Positions 26,968 through 36,106 of a stretch of 44,182 bases of DNA are shown here, piece after piece. Numbering within the stretch: the stretch's first letter is position 1; each line of letters starts with the position of its first letter. The notes below the pieces were generated by a model, which searched no databases, was not told the origin of the DNA, and worked only from the letters and a program-made list of their open reading frames with translations. The DNA lies in IMG/VR virus record IMGVR_UViG_3300032365_000044, positions 1 through 44,182 of that record; one strand, written 5' to 3'. Position numbers and translations under genes: made by a program. Source of the DNA: a virus (taxonomy: Duplodnaviria > Caudoviricetes).

Positions 26968-27714
26968 TTACTTCCACGGTCTGTTAATAAAATAATAATT
27001 GGTTCCCTGCATAACAGTAATAGCCTTGATTCCCTGTGTATGCAAATAACTGGCTATCTGATTGAATAACTCTTGAGTAATAGCATACTGCTGATCATCT
27101 GCCGACAACTGATTATACAATGTCTGTGGAAGCACTCTATGAACACAGAAAACTAACCACGCATCAGGATATTCAGTTACAAACCATTGTATATCTGCTA
27201 ATGTTGTAGTATTATCAAAATCATAATACACTGTTATATGATATTTATCCATAGGAGACCCATCATCCCACGCTGTCCTATGATATACAAATCTTGACTT
27301 TATAGCTTTCAGTACCCTGTCATCATAACTCCCATATGGTGTAGCAAAACCAAGTTTAGTATATCCGTGTGCTCTAAACTCTGAGACAGACTGATCAAGT
27401 TCAAGAGCCAAAGCTGAATCAGATAAAGTTGTCAAGTCAGGATGAGAATGTGTGTGATTAGCAACTTCCCAACCCCTGGAATGCAATGTCGATATTTGGT
27501 TCCACGTCAATATGCCATCCCAACTGCCAACATCACCAGATATGATAAAGAGTGTCCCCACATATCCGTACTTTGAAAGAACAGGGTATGCATAATTGTA
27601 ACTATCTGACCAACCATCATCAAACGTAAATGAAACAACCGCATTTGCCATTACAGCTGAAAACAATACAAATACAATAGACACAATCACTGCCAATATT
27701 GCCGACTTCTTCAT
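26968..27714 (-). CDS. Exported polysaccharide deacetylase (CE4/NodB family)
   Basis: Signal peptide; SFTFDDG, GWEVANHTHSH, ATPYG, VFCVH. Confidence 0.9.
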   Translation of the reverse strand: MKKSAILAVIVSIVFVLFSAVMANAVVSFTFDDGWSDSYNYAYPVLSKYGYVGTLFIISGDVGSWDGILTWNQISTLHSRGWEVANHTHSHPDLTTLSDSALALELDQSVSEFRAHGYTKLGFATPYGSYDDRVLKAIKSRFVYHRTAWDDGSPMDKYHITVYYDFDNTTTLADIQWFVTEYPDAWLVFCVHRVLPQTLYNQLSADDQQYAITQELFNQIASYLHTQGIKAITVMQGTNYYFINRPWK

Positions 27715-27726
27715 TTCTTTTCCTCC

Positions 27727-27930
27727 TTATACTGACATAGTGCCCGATATTGGTTTAATATCTTCGCCTGGCAATCGCTTAACTATCCATTCAACAACAT
27801 TAGCAAGCCTTTTCAGAGATTGCTCAAGAACTGCAACTCTTTTTTGTAAGAATACTATTTCGTCTTCTTGATCTGCTATTTTGAAAGTAGCATGATCAAT
27901 CGCATCCATGTAGTGTGGCTGAATTCCCAT
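27727..27930 (-). CDS. Small coiled-coil hypothetical protein
   Basis: 67 aa; AGGAGG RBS. Confidence 0.6.
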   Translation of the reverse strand: MGIQPHYMDAIDHATFKIADQEDEIVFLQKRVAVLEQSLKRLANVVEWIVKRLPGEDIKPISGTMSV

Positions 27931-27952
27931 ACGACACCCTCCTATAGTTTTA

Positions 27953-28330
27953 TTACGCCCTTAAGACAACTTCTTCATTATCTAAAAAATTCTGCCAGCC
28001 TAATATTGTGATTCTTGCACCATCTGCGGTATGGGCAAATTTCAACCACTTCTCGTGCCCCATTATAGCATCTGCAACATCCCTATATCTCTCTACTGGA
28101 TAAGTTCCACTTCTATCCAACAGAGCTGTTTCATAGCCTTCATCAGGGGTATACGCTGTAGAAACTGTAATACCGCATTGAGAGACATCTCTGCCAATCT
28201 TACGTTCCTCATAAGGATGTTCCATTCCATACAACCTCAAAAAACTCAACAAGTCATACACATCCATAAGATCGTCAAGAGACCTCCCCCCTTCACACAT
28301 ATTACACCAACATACCAGCAGTAATATCAT
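27953..28330 (-). CDS. Phage hypothetical protein (VST...YET...RY...A..GH motif)
   Basis: Motif common in phage proteins; start uncertain. Confidence 0.6.
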   Translation of the reverse strand: MILLLVCWCNMCEGGRSLDDLMDVYDLLSFLRLYGMEHPYEERKIGRDVSQCGITVSTAYTPDEGYETALLDRSGTYPVERYRDVADAIMGHEKWLKFAHTADGARITILGWQNFLDNEEVVLRA

Positions 28331-28871
28331 TCATCCAGTATACATTATCACTATGTGCAGACCGAACAGCAAGTGCTTTGATTCTCTCATACAACCCTTT
28401 CTCAATATTCAAGTAGATAGGAGCTGTCTGCAATTTGAGATATGCATAAAACTGCCCCTTCTTCCTGTTGAAAGTATCGGCTTTAGCCGAACAGTAAGAA
28501 AACTGTACCTTCAGTTCTGGATGGTCAATACTGCCTATCCGCATAGAGGCCACAGTAACCCAACCAACAATCCTGCCCATATCAAGAACCTTCAGAGTCC
28601 TAAACTTGAGGTTAGATTTGTCAACCAAAAACTCGTCCCTAACCTCCAAAGCTGGCGTGATCCTGAATACCTGTCTTCCGCAAACCAATTTGGCCTCTGA
28701 CAAACTGACTGGAATTTCTTCAATACCCCTCTTGGATTGTTCAGGAGGGCACTTTCTCCGTACATAATCCATGACATCCATTTCATTGAAAAGCAAACGT
28801 TCTGAAATCTTACTGACTCCATTATAATGCCACACCTTAAATGGATTGAAAATTGCCCTTGCTCTTGTCAT
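28302..28871 (-). CDS. Hypothetical protein (CS..D.FNRKKG motif)
   Basis: 189 aa, first gene after a promoter. Confidence 0.65.
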   Translation of the reverse strand: MTRARAIFNPFKVWHYNGVSKISERLLFNEMDVMDYVRRKCPPEQSKRGIEEIPVSLSEAKLVCGRQVFRITPALEVRDEFLVDKSNLKFRTLKVLDMGRIVGWVTVASMRIGSIDHPELKVQFSYCSAKADTFNRKKGQFYAYLKLQTAPIYLNIEKGLYERIKALAVRSAHSDNVYWMNDITAGMLV

Positions 28872-28905
28872 TTTGCATTCCCCTTTCTAAATGTGTTCTA
28901 TTTTT

Positions 28906-28935
28906 AGTCTACCACATATAGCGGCAGTTTGTCAA
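28906..28935 (-). promoter_or_regulatory. sigma70-type promoter TTGACA-N18-TAGACT with extended -10
   Basis: GGGGTTGACAAACTGCCGCTATATGTGGTAGACT, intergenic, at the head of the accessory gene run. Confidence 0.7.
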
Positions 28936-28958
28936 CCCCTAAAACTTATTGATTTTAT

Positions 28959-29885
28959 TCATTTATTTGTTCCAATCTTCTTAATGTCATTTAAAAGCAC
29001 TATCTCGTAGTCCATAATGTTGTCAACTTCATCAGGGTCCTTCCCATATGGCAGATTAATTTTATATATATCTGTCGTTGTTATAAACATCTCCCTCAAT
29101 TTGTAATATATCTTATTTGCTAATTTTTTTTCAAGTGCTCCTCCGTCTAAGACAATAAATACTCTCTTTGGAAATCCAAAAGTAGAAAATCTGGCTAAAA
29201 GCTGTCGTTGCTGACGATCAGTCAAATATTTCCCCAATAATGGGACAGCATTAGCACCAACAGCAGTCGCACTGAACACTCCTTCAACTAAAACCAAATC
29301 ATCCCACTTGAATTTATGAATCTTGAAGAGCGGTTTTATCGAAGTATTAGGCGAGTTCCATCTTTCATTCTTTGGTGCATCCTTACTAGCAATCCTCATT
29401 TGGTAGTAATCAGTTTTGTTGCCAACAACTTTGTTAGGTATAAGTACATACTTTTTGCCCTTTAGAATACATGCCCTCAAATCCCAATAAACAATCAGTT
29501 CATCACTCAATGGATGATTCCTACCTCTTAAGTAATTCATCACATCTTTATCTTCAAAAGCTGGAACTGAAAAACTTATATCAAATTCCGGCACTTCAAA
29601 TTCCCGTTTAGGAGGAGCAAATAAAAATCCGAACATCGACTCAAAATGTTCCTTGATAGATTCAAGACTTGGAATCTCTTCATCTGACTCCAAAACAACT
29701 ACAGTAGCACATTTGAAACACATCCCCACAGACTTGTGTTTATTGAAATAAAGTTTATAATCATCATCAGCTTTACCTCTAACTTCGGGGCAATAAGGAC
29801 AATTAAATCTCAAATGCCGTCCATCAGAGCAAGATTTAGATTTTCCTAACTCCTCAACCATACTTATAAATTTAACTTCCGTCAT
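28959..29885 (-). CDS. DNA primase (Zn-binding + TOPRIM)
   Basis: CPYC...CFKC, YLRGR, VLVEGVFSA, LLGK, VLDG, KDPDE. Confidence 0.85.
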   Translation of the reverse strand: MTEVKFISMVEELGKSKSCSDGRHLRFNCPYCPEVRGKADDDYKLYFNKHKSVGMCFKCATVVVLESDEEIPSLESIKEHFESMFGFLFAPPKREFEVPEFDISFSVPAFEDKDVMNYLRGRNHPLSDELIVYWDLRACILKGKKYVLIPNKVVGNKTDYYQMRIASKDAPKNERWNSPNTSIKPLFKIHKFKWDDLVLVEGVFSATAVGANAVPLLGKYLTDRQQRQLLARFSTFGFPKRVFIVLDGGALEKKLANKIYYKLREMFITTTDIYKINLPYGKDPDEVDNIMDYEIVLLNDIKKIGTNK

Positions 29886-30259
29886 AAAACTCTTTTTATC
29901 ATCTTAATCTCATATTCAGGCACATCCCAACACCACCGTTCTTTGAGCCATTCAATCTCTGTAGTCAAATCAAATGGAGGTATTTCTATATCGGATATCT
30001 TATTATACCATTCTTGTGATTTATTAGTCAATTCAAAATCACAAAATGTGATTCCTGATGATTGTAAATACTCCTCATTTACTAGCTGTTTCAATCCTTC
30101 GTCAAATTCTCGGTTATATGCCCCAAAACTTCTCAATTTGAACTCAAAAGGCAATCCTAGTGCTTTAGAGACAAAATAACAAAGTTTCCAAACATAATAC
30201 CTGCTGGAAACTCTCTGTAACTTTCCTACTACATAAATAATAAGGTCTTTAGATGTCAT
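29882..30259 (-). CDS. Winged-helix protein resembling YwgA/SocA-Panacea/DarG C-terminal domains
   Basis: KLCYF...FEFK...FGAY..E....L..L pattern; coupled to primase by ATGA overlap. Confidence 0.5.
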   Translation of the reverse strand: MTSKDLIIYVVGKLQRVSSRYYVWKLCYFVSKALGLPFEFKLRSFGAYNREFDEGLKQLVNEEYLQSSGITFCDFELTNKSQEWYNKISDIEIPPFDLTTEIEWLKERWCWDVPEYEIKMIKRVL

Positions 30260-30313
30260 GATAATCTCCTACAATACCTCTGTGGCTTCCAAGGCTGCCC
30301 CAGGATCGATTAT

Positions 30314-30622
30314 CTACTTGATTGTGAGTCTCTCGCCCATCTTTATTGCTATAATGCCCCAAACACACGTCAAAAAATAAATTATAGCTACAATTGGTAA
30401 GAAACTCTTCATAATACGCTGCCCCCCTTCACTCTTGACAAACCAAATCAATAGCCACCAAATAAATAAAGTGATGCCCTTCCCAACTAAAATAGAGTTC
30501 ACTGATCGGAATAAAGGATTAGCCTCAAACCTGAACCCAAATTTAGATATTCCTATCCACGTTATAATAAAATCTAATATTGATAAAACAACAATAACTA
30601 AAAAGAGTTTCTTAATACTCAT
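30314..30622 (-). CDS. Membrane protein (DUF5658-like)
   Basis: LD.IIT..G.....EANP, three TM segments. Confidence 0.7.
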   Translation of the reverse strand: MSIKKLFLVIVVLSILDFIITWIGISKFGFRFEANPLFRSVNSILVGKGITLFIWWLLIWFVKSEGGQRIMKSFLPIVAIIYFLTCVWGIIAIKMGERLTIK

Positions 30623-30882
30623 CTTTTGATTACCTCACACATCCCACAAGTTGTCCCACATATCACTATTTTAACACGTTTCCGCCTCAAACAGCAAATA
30701 GGACACGGGACATACCCCAATCCAAGACCCACCAACTTGAGATACTGCCACCTCCATTCAGTACGGCCTTTATTAAACAAAGTCCATATAGTAATATACC
30801 ACAAAATACAACAATATGGAATATTACTAATTCTGCCACATCTAATATCTCGTGAGACAGTTCTAAATAAGGTTTTGATCAC
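30619..30882 (-). CDS. Cys-rich hypothetical protein
   Basis: SNIP.CCI.WY...GYVPCP.C motif. Confidence 0.65.
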   Translation of the reverse strand: MIKTLFRTVSRDIRCGRISNIPYCCILWYITIWTLFNKGRTEWRWQYLKLVGLGLGYVPCPICCLRRKRVKIVICGTTCGMCEVIKR

Positions 30883-32753
30883 AACTCACTCAATCCTGAA
30901 ATTTTAATATTTCTGTCTTTCAAAACAGAAGATTGTAAAACATCAGCTATTTGTGTAGGAGCAGGCGGCTTGTATACATAAATAGGACTATCAGAAATAT
31001 TTGTCAATGCATTATAAATAGAACCACAAAGAGTGTCTCCTTCATCCTTTCTGCTTGTAGTATAAATCTTGTTGTCTTGCCCCAAATAAAGTGCCCTCAA
31101 TTGTGGTAATAATGTTTCATTCATATTACCCGCCCTTATAAGCCCATTAGCTGCAACTTCAGCAAATTTCAAATATGGATCAATAGTTTTGTCCACAGAC
31201 AACAACTTCACCACTTGAGCTACATTAAGTTTTTCTAATTTCTGTAAGAGTGGGGACGACTGAAATTTATCAGCCGTTATGGTATGAAATTTGACTCCAG
31301 CAGCTTGTAAATCTATAAATAAATCAGCTATTGACTCCAAATCAATACGAGTTGGAGATATTACTTTACATAGAAAATCCACAATAAATATAGTAACACC
31401 TTGCCCCCCTAACTCTTTATGCACCATAGATAAACCAGCCTCTGTTGTTTCAGCCAAATCGATATGCACGTACCTCCAGGCATTAGGGAATCTTTTTAAA
31501 GCACTGCCTCCACCAGGATTTTTTATAAACAATTCCTTAAAATAGTCTATTACTTTCAGTCGTGACCCTAGAGACGAAACCACGATTCTTTCGGGTAATA
31601 AACTGTGGTCATAATTCTCTAAACACTCCAAATCCATAAAAAGTGTTTCATCATCTGATGTCATATATCCAGCCATGTTCCTCAACGCTCTGGATATATT
31701 ACTCTCAAAGTGAGACCTGTAGACTTCCGGCACTTTTATAAGTTTGCAACCTTCTGGAATCTTCATACCACCTAAATACAAACTAGTTTCCTGCTCTGTC
31801 AAAATTTTAGATGGGCTCCTTCTATTTCCCGCCATTATATAAAAAGACCCCTTGGAATATGAATCAAACTCCTTGATATCCCACACAGCAAATGAGTATA
31901 ATCTGATGTATGGATTACCACTCTTGATAGTTTTGGAATATTCTTTGACAACACCACGAGTTGTTTTCGCAGAAGTCACCATACACAACAAAACATATCT
32001 ACAATCCAAAAATCTGTTGTAAACTCTCTCTCGTGTCTGAAGATAAAACTCTAAAGCTTGTTCAGATGCCCCAATCCTAAATTCAGATTCATCAAATATA
32101 ACACCAATCAAGTCCATAGAAAGAGCATGATGCTCCTTTGACCCTGTGTATATGATAATATTTTTAGGAAGTTCTATGATGTTCTCTTCTTCCTTTTCAG
32201 TAAAAGTATAAGGTATAATTTCAGATAAACGATATTTACCAAACTCTAATGTTGACTTGACCTCTTTGAATCTAGCAGACTCCCTCAAAATAGCAATAAC
32301 TTTTTTCATTAACGCCATTTCAGCCTTACTTGCCGTTATTGATATCAAAATTAGAGCTAAAATCGACGACGAAGGAACCCCCATAGCTGCTTGGGGGTCT
32401 CGGAGACTCAACAGTCTGACAATATTGTATAACTCAGCTATTATAGCTGTGCTAGTTTTCCCGGTGCCTGTTGATCCCGTCCAAACCACTTCATTTACAA
32501 CACTTCCAGGAGCAAATATATCATCTACCAACACATGTCGCCATTTGGGGTATAAAAATTTAGACATTGACCCAATCCACTCCATAGAAATAAACTCTCT
32601 AATCGACGGCTGTTGAAACTCAAATAAATTCTGATACAAGTGTTCCTCACTAAACGCTCCTCTTTCTATTAGATCAATAGTAATAGCTTTATCAGCGTCA
32701 GATAAGGATTTATAAATATCAGTTCCCTTCAATCGTTCTAATGCACTATCCAT
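30879..32753 (-). CDS. terL: Terminase large subunit
   Basis: GSTGTGKT Walker A, IFDES Walker B, VTS coupling motif, nuclease HIDLA...ADKFQS...KDEGDT. Confidence 0.9.
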   Translation of the reverse strand: MDSALERLKGTDIYKSLSDADKAITIDLIERGAFSEEHLYQNLFEFQQPSIREFISMEWIGSMSKFLYPKWRHVLVDDIFAPGSVVNEVVWTGSTGTGKTSTAIIAELYNIVRLLSLRDPQAAMGVPSSSILALILISITASKAEMALMKKVIAILRESARFKEVKSTLEFGKYRLSEIIPYTFTEKEEENIIELPKNIIIYTGSKEHHALSMDLIGVIFDESEFRIGASEQALEFYLQTRERVYNRFLDCRYVLLCMVTSAKTTRGVVKEYSKTIKSGNPYIRLYSFAVWDIKEFDSYSKGSFYIMAGNRRSPSKILTEQETSLYLGGMKIPEGCKLIKVPEVYRSHFESNISRALRNMAGYMTSDDETLFMDLECLENYDHSLLPERIVVSSLGSRLKVIDYFKELFIKNPGGGSALKRFPNAWRYVHIDLAETTEAGLSMVHKELGGQGVTIFIVDFLCKVISPTRIDLESIADLFIDLQAAGVKFHTITADKFQSSPLLQKLEKLNVAQVVKLLSVDKTIDPYLKFAEVAANGLIRAGNMNETLLPQLRALYLGQDNKIYTTSRKDEGDTLCGSIYNALTNISDSPIYVYKPPAPTQIADVLQSSVLKDRNIKISGLSEL

Positions 32754-32755
32754 TT

Positions 32756-33301
32756 CTATCCTGGTTTTACTTCTATAATCTTGTTCTCATCCTCAATCTG
32801 CTTCTTGGCTTTTATCAATTCAAATAAATTCACCATTAATTGATTAGCACCAGTAATAACCTTTCCATCATCACATTGTTGTGTTTGACTTATTATGATA
32901 TTAGTGCCCGCAAGTGGTGGCGTTCCTTTGCCTTGGTCTCCGCCAACTAATAACTGACGTAAATGGTCATAGTCTACAGCACTTATTTTACCTAACATCT
33001 CCAAAAGATTTATCAATAAGTTATCTGGCATGGTAGCTATTCTACTCAACAAAGCGTCTGTAACACTTCCCTTCAAGTCCATCAAGGCGTTTGCTCTCTC
33101 AAACTTATTTTTCAAAAATTCAGAAGTCAGAACTTTCAACTGATACTGTCTTCGTTCTTCCAAGTTATGCACTTCCTGTCTCTCTTCATCAGTGAGTCTG
33201 CCCGTACTATCAAGGAAGTCTTCTATAGAGTTTTTAGCTTCTATAAACCCCTTCTGATCTGACAGAATAAGGATAGCATCAAACCCGCACTTAAGTTCCA
33301 C
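32756..33301 (-). CDS. Putative terminase small subunit
   Basis: Helical 181-aa protein directly upstream of terL; inferred from position and size. Confidence 0.5.
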   Translation of the reverse strand: MELKCGFDAILILSDQKGFIEAKNSIEDFLDSTGRLTDEERQEVHNLEERRQYQLKVLTSEFLKNKFERANALMDLKGSVTDALLSRIATMPDNLLINLLEMLGKISAVDYDHLRQLLVGGDQGKGTPPLAGTNIIISQTQQCDDGKVITGANQLMVNLFELIKAKKQIEDENKIIEVKPG

Positions 33302-33713
33302 CTTTATAAATCTCCGTATTTATTTTTTTGATCATTCCAGTATCAGATTTGAACAGTTTTTCAGGCAATTGTAGGTTGTTTTCCCTCAAAAACTTGAACC
33401 ATACAGCTATTCTTTCTTCTAAACCCCTAGCCTCATTACCATCCATATCCATTATTTCGTCAATTTCTTTCTTTGGTAACTCCGTGCATCTACTCAAATA
33501 ATAATACAGCACTGTCCTTAACTCCTTCATAAAATCCTCTTTAGTAGGTATCTTAAGAACTTTGCCTCCATAAATGTCCAATAACCGCAAAACATCGTCC
33601 GGTTCCAAGAACATCAAGAGTTCTGGAACCACACCACATGTGTTTTTAGAGTACAAAAGAGACAACGTTAAGTATAATATAACAGCTCGTGAATTATCAA
33701 AAAATTTCAGCAT
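33291..33713 (-). CDS. Mor/C-like transcription regulator
   Basis: LLDIYGGKVLKIPT...ELR resembles the Mu Mor LGGGQVYIP...IRD motif, followed by an HTH-like segment. Confidence 0.55.
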   Translation of the reverse strand: MLKFFDNSRAVILYLTLSLLYSKNTCGVVPELLMFLEPDDVLRLLDIYGGKVLKIPTKEDFMKELRTVLYYYLSRCTELPKKEIDEIMDMDGNEARGLEERIAVWFKFLRENNLQLPEKLFKSDTGMIKKINTEIYKGGT

Positions 33714-34365
33714 CTGTTATCTCCACAGGCAATTTGTCAAACAGGTCTTTCAGCACTTCTTCTCGTATGATTGAAGCTCTACATGCGTTCAATTGAAGCC
33801 CTATAGGATTCAAATGTTTTATCTTGATACTGCTATCCACGATAGACAAAAGAACTAAATAACAACACAAATTTTTCAATTTCTTACCGTAGATAGGCAA
33901 TGTATTAGTTATATACCTATACAACAAACAAGATAGTTTGGATAGGTTCTCTTTCTCAATATAAAGGTCCAAAGGAGACGGGTCATCCGACATAGACTCC
34001 CCACTCTCTTCAATCTCCTCTAATGTCAAAAACACTAAGTTCATTTCAGGACTATAATCAATCCACATACTTTCTTTCTTATACGGTAAAAAGCCTTTTG
34101 TATAAATAGTTAAATACCTTGTCCATGCAAACACATCTTTGAATCGTTTTGTTAGTATCTTCTCTACAATAGTAGAAGCTACCTGATGTGCTACAGATTT
34201 TTCCTCTTGAGATTCCAACTTGAATCTCTTCCTGATTATGAGTGTAACAAGCTCTCTGATAGATAGATATAGTCTGCCCAACGACTCGTCGGGGTCTTCC
34301 CCATCTTTATATCTTTGATAGTCCTCCCTTATCCGATTCTCAAGTGCGTAATCTGGAAGCTTCAT
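33697..34365 (-). CDS. Divergent RNA polymerase sigma-factor-like protein
   Basis: Region-2-like helices (SLGRLY...VTLII...AHQVA..IVEKI...FAW.RYL) and a DDPSPLDLYIEKE linker as in alternative sigmas. Confidence 0.45.
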   Translation of the reverse strand: MKLPDYALENRIREDYQRYKDGEDPDESLGRLYLSIRELVTLIIRKRFKLESQEEKSVAHQVASTIVEKILTKRFKDVFAWTRYLTIYTKGFLPYKKESMWIDYSPEMNLVFLTLEEIEESGESMSDDPSPLDLYIEKENLSKLSCLLYRYITNTLPIYGKKLKNLCCYLVLLSIVDSSIKIKHLNPIGLQLNACRASIIREEVLKDLFDKLPVEITDAEIF

Positions 34366-34367
34366 GG

Positions 34368-34628
34368 CTAGAACAGAAGAGTACTCAATTTATCGAATAC
34401 TACTTCTTCCCCCATTTGCTCCATTATACCCACCCACTTATCTTCCAACTCGAAAACTATCTGAACTTTTGAATCTTCACTCTCCACTCTCCAAAAGTTC
34501 CCTACGCCAGGCAGATATTCAATATCATTAAAAAATGTCTTGATAAGAAATATTGTAAACAGAGACTCTAATAATGCTTCGCAACCACCTTTCCTTCTAA
34601 ATATCTTATTGAGTTCCTGGGTTTCCAT
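34368..34628 (-). CDS. Hypothetical protein
   Basis: 86 aa in tight operon. Confidence 0.6.
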   Translation of the reverse strand: METQELNKIFRRKGGCEALLESLFTIFLIKTFFNDIEYLPGVGNFWRVESEDSKVQIVFELEDKWVGIMEQMGEEVVFDKLSTLLF

Positions 34629-34794
34629 CAGATTCTTCTACCAGGGTCTCCATCACATAAATCGTGTCACCTGACCTCATCACATACGCAATACCATTGT
34701 ACTGCTCGTTTAATTTTCTGACTTCATCCTCAACAGTGGATTCAGTCAATTGCCCAAACATCTTTTTTAGTCCATCACTCACGACTACTTTCAT
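34606..34794 (-). CDS. Hypothetical protein
   Basis: 62 aa; AGGAGG RBS. Confidence 0.6.
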   Translation of the reverse strand: MKVVVSDGLKKMFGQLTESTVEDEVRKLNEQYNGIAYVMRSGDTIYVMETLVEESDGNPGTQ

Positions 34795-34797
34795 TTG

Positions 34798-35019
34798 TTA
34801 TCCTCCTATCTTCTGTCTCAATTTTGGTTTTCTCTGAAGCATCTGTTCAGGTATCAATCTTCCTACAACTTTACCGTCTTTTATAACAGAAAAGATAATA
34901 CTCTCTGGCCTATAAAACTCCAAAGGCTGTACAGATACAATATCTTCCATTGATATCACTGCCATAGGTTCTCCCCTGCGTAACTTTGCAGCAAAAGTTT
35001 CAGCTATATCACTATACAT
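34798..35019 (-). CDS. Hypothetical protein
   Basis: 73 aa; GAGGAGG RBS. Confidence 0.6.
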   Translation of the reverse strand: MYSDIAETFAAKLRRGEPMAVISMEDIVSVQPLEFYRPESIIFSVIKDGKVVGRLIPEQMLQRKPKLRQKIGG

Positions 35020-35036
35020 CTCTGTGCCTCCTCACC

Positions 35037-35279
35037 TTATCTTCTTTTTGGCATCATCGGATCAATAGGTGTCCATCCTTTGGGCGGCCCCAATGAATAA
35101 CATAACATCCTAAATTCTTCCTTCTTGATTGCTATCTCTCTACCACTTTCACTAGAGTCACTCAATTTCAATATGACAAGATCATCCTCAATATAGAAAT
35201 CCATTTCACCAGTAGGAAAAGAATTCCATGTATCCTTTACAATTTTGATAGATACTTTCATTACTCTACCTCCATCCAC
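35037..35279 (-). CDS. Hypothetical protein
   Basis: 80 aa in operon. Confidence 0.55.
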   Translation of the reverse strand: MDGGRVMKVSIKIVKDTWNSFPTGEMDFYIEDDLVILKLSDSSESGREIAIKKEEFRMLCYSLGPPKGWTPIDPMMPKRR

Positions 35280-35482
35280 TCAATTGTTATTCCAAGCACC
35301 CCATTGCTGTCCCCAAAAATATTATTGGGGTATAAATCATACAGCCCCTCATTGAATTGGTTCTTGTCATTCTCGTTAGGAACTTTCCCAGTTATCCTTG
35401 TATACTCTTCTGGTGTCACTGCAAAAGTAAAACATTCAAAATCTCCAGATGGTATCGCTGTAAACTTGACTATCTTTCCCAT
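35261..35482 (-). CDS. Hypothetical protein
   Basis: 73 aa in operon. Confidence 0.6.
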   Translation of the reverse strand: MGKIVKFTAIPSGDFECFTFAVTPEEYTRITGKVPNENDKNQFNEGLYDLYPNNIFGDSNGVLGITIEWMEVE

Positions 35483-35501
35483 TATTTCAATACCCCCTTT
35501 T

Positions 35502-35753
35502 CTATTTCAATAACCACATTGCCAAGCCATATTTCCATTTTTTTATTTTTGAATCCATATTCACATAGAGAAATTTTTTGCCTAACTCATGCCATCGCCG
35601 CACAGGTGCTACTATAACATAGCCTCCCACATTAATACCTATACCCGCATCTTTTGTCACGTAGATACTATCAGAATAATAATCCCCCGGTGTTTCTCTC
35701 CACAACTCCGTGTCAGTGTTAGCACACATCTCATACAGATGTCCCTTTGTCAT
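35502..35753 (-). CDS. Hypothetical protein
   Basis: 83 aa, DYY..SI.VT...IGINVGG; ATGA coupling. Confidence 0.65.
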   Translation of the reverse strand: MTKGHLYEMCANTDTELWRETPGDYYSDSIYVTKDAGIGINVGGYVIVAPVRRWHELGKKFLYVNMDSKIKKWKYGLAMWLLK

Positions 35754-36106
35754 TTCAATACCTCCTCGATATGCTGCATCAGGTCTATCACTAACTTCAT
35801 GCCATAATTACAGCCTTTCTTACAAAAAGTCCATGTACCACTTACTACTCCTTTTTCTACCACTGAAGACTGCACCATCTCAACAAAATCACTTACAAAC
35901 ATATAATATCTCTTCCCATCTCCACAAGAAATCAACTCAAAAGCTATAGAACTTCTGCCTCTCACATAATTAGTTATATGAAAAGTATCAGCAAATTCAT
36001 AATTCTCTTTCCATACAACCTCCTCAATATAACCACCAGAGAAAGATTTACCGTCTCTGTTTACATAAGTCAACATATTTCCATTTTGATCAAACGGTAT
36101 CTGCAT
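35750..36106 (-). CDS. Phage hypothetical protein
   Basis: W.EN..F...RGRS...Y.MF..DF...G.WTF.K.G.NYG motif typical of a phage family. Confidence 0.7.
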   Translation of the reverse strand: MQIPFDQNGNMLTYVNRDGKSFSGGYIEEVVWKENYEFADTFHITNYVRGRSSIAFELISCGDGKRYYMFVSDFVEMVQSSVVEKGVVSGTWTFCKKGCNYGMKLVIDLMQHIEEVLK

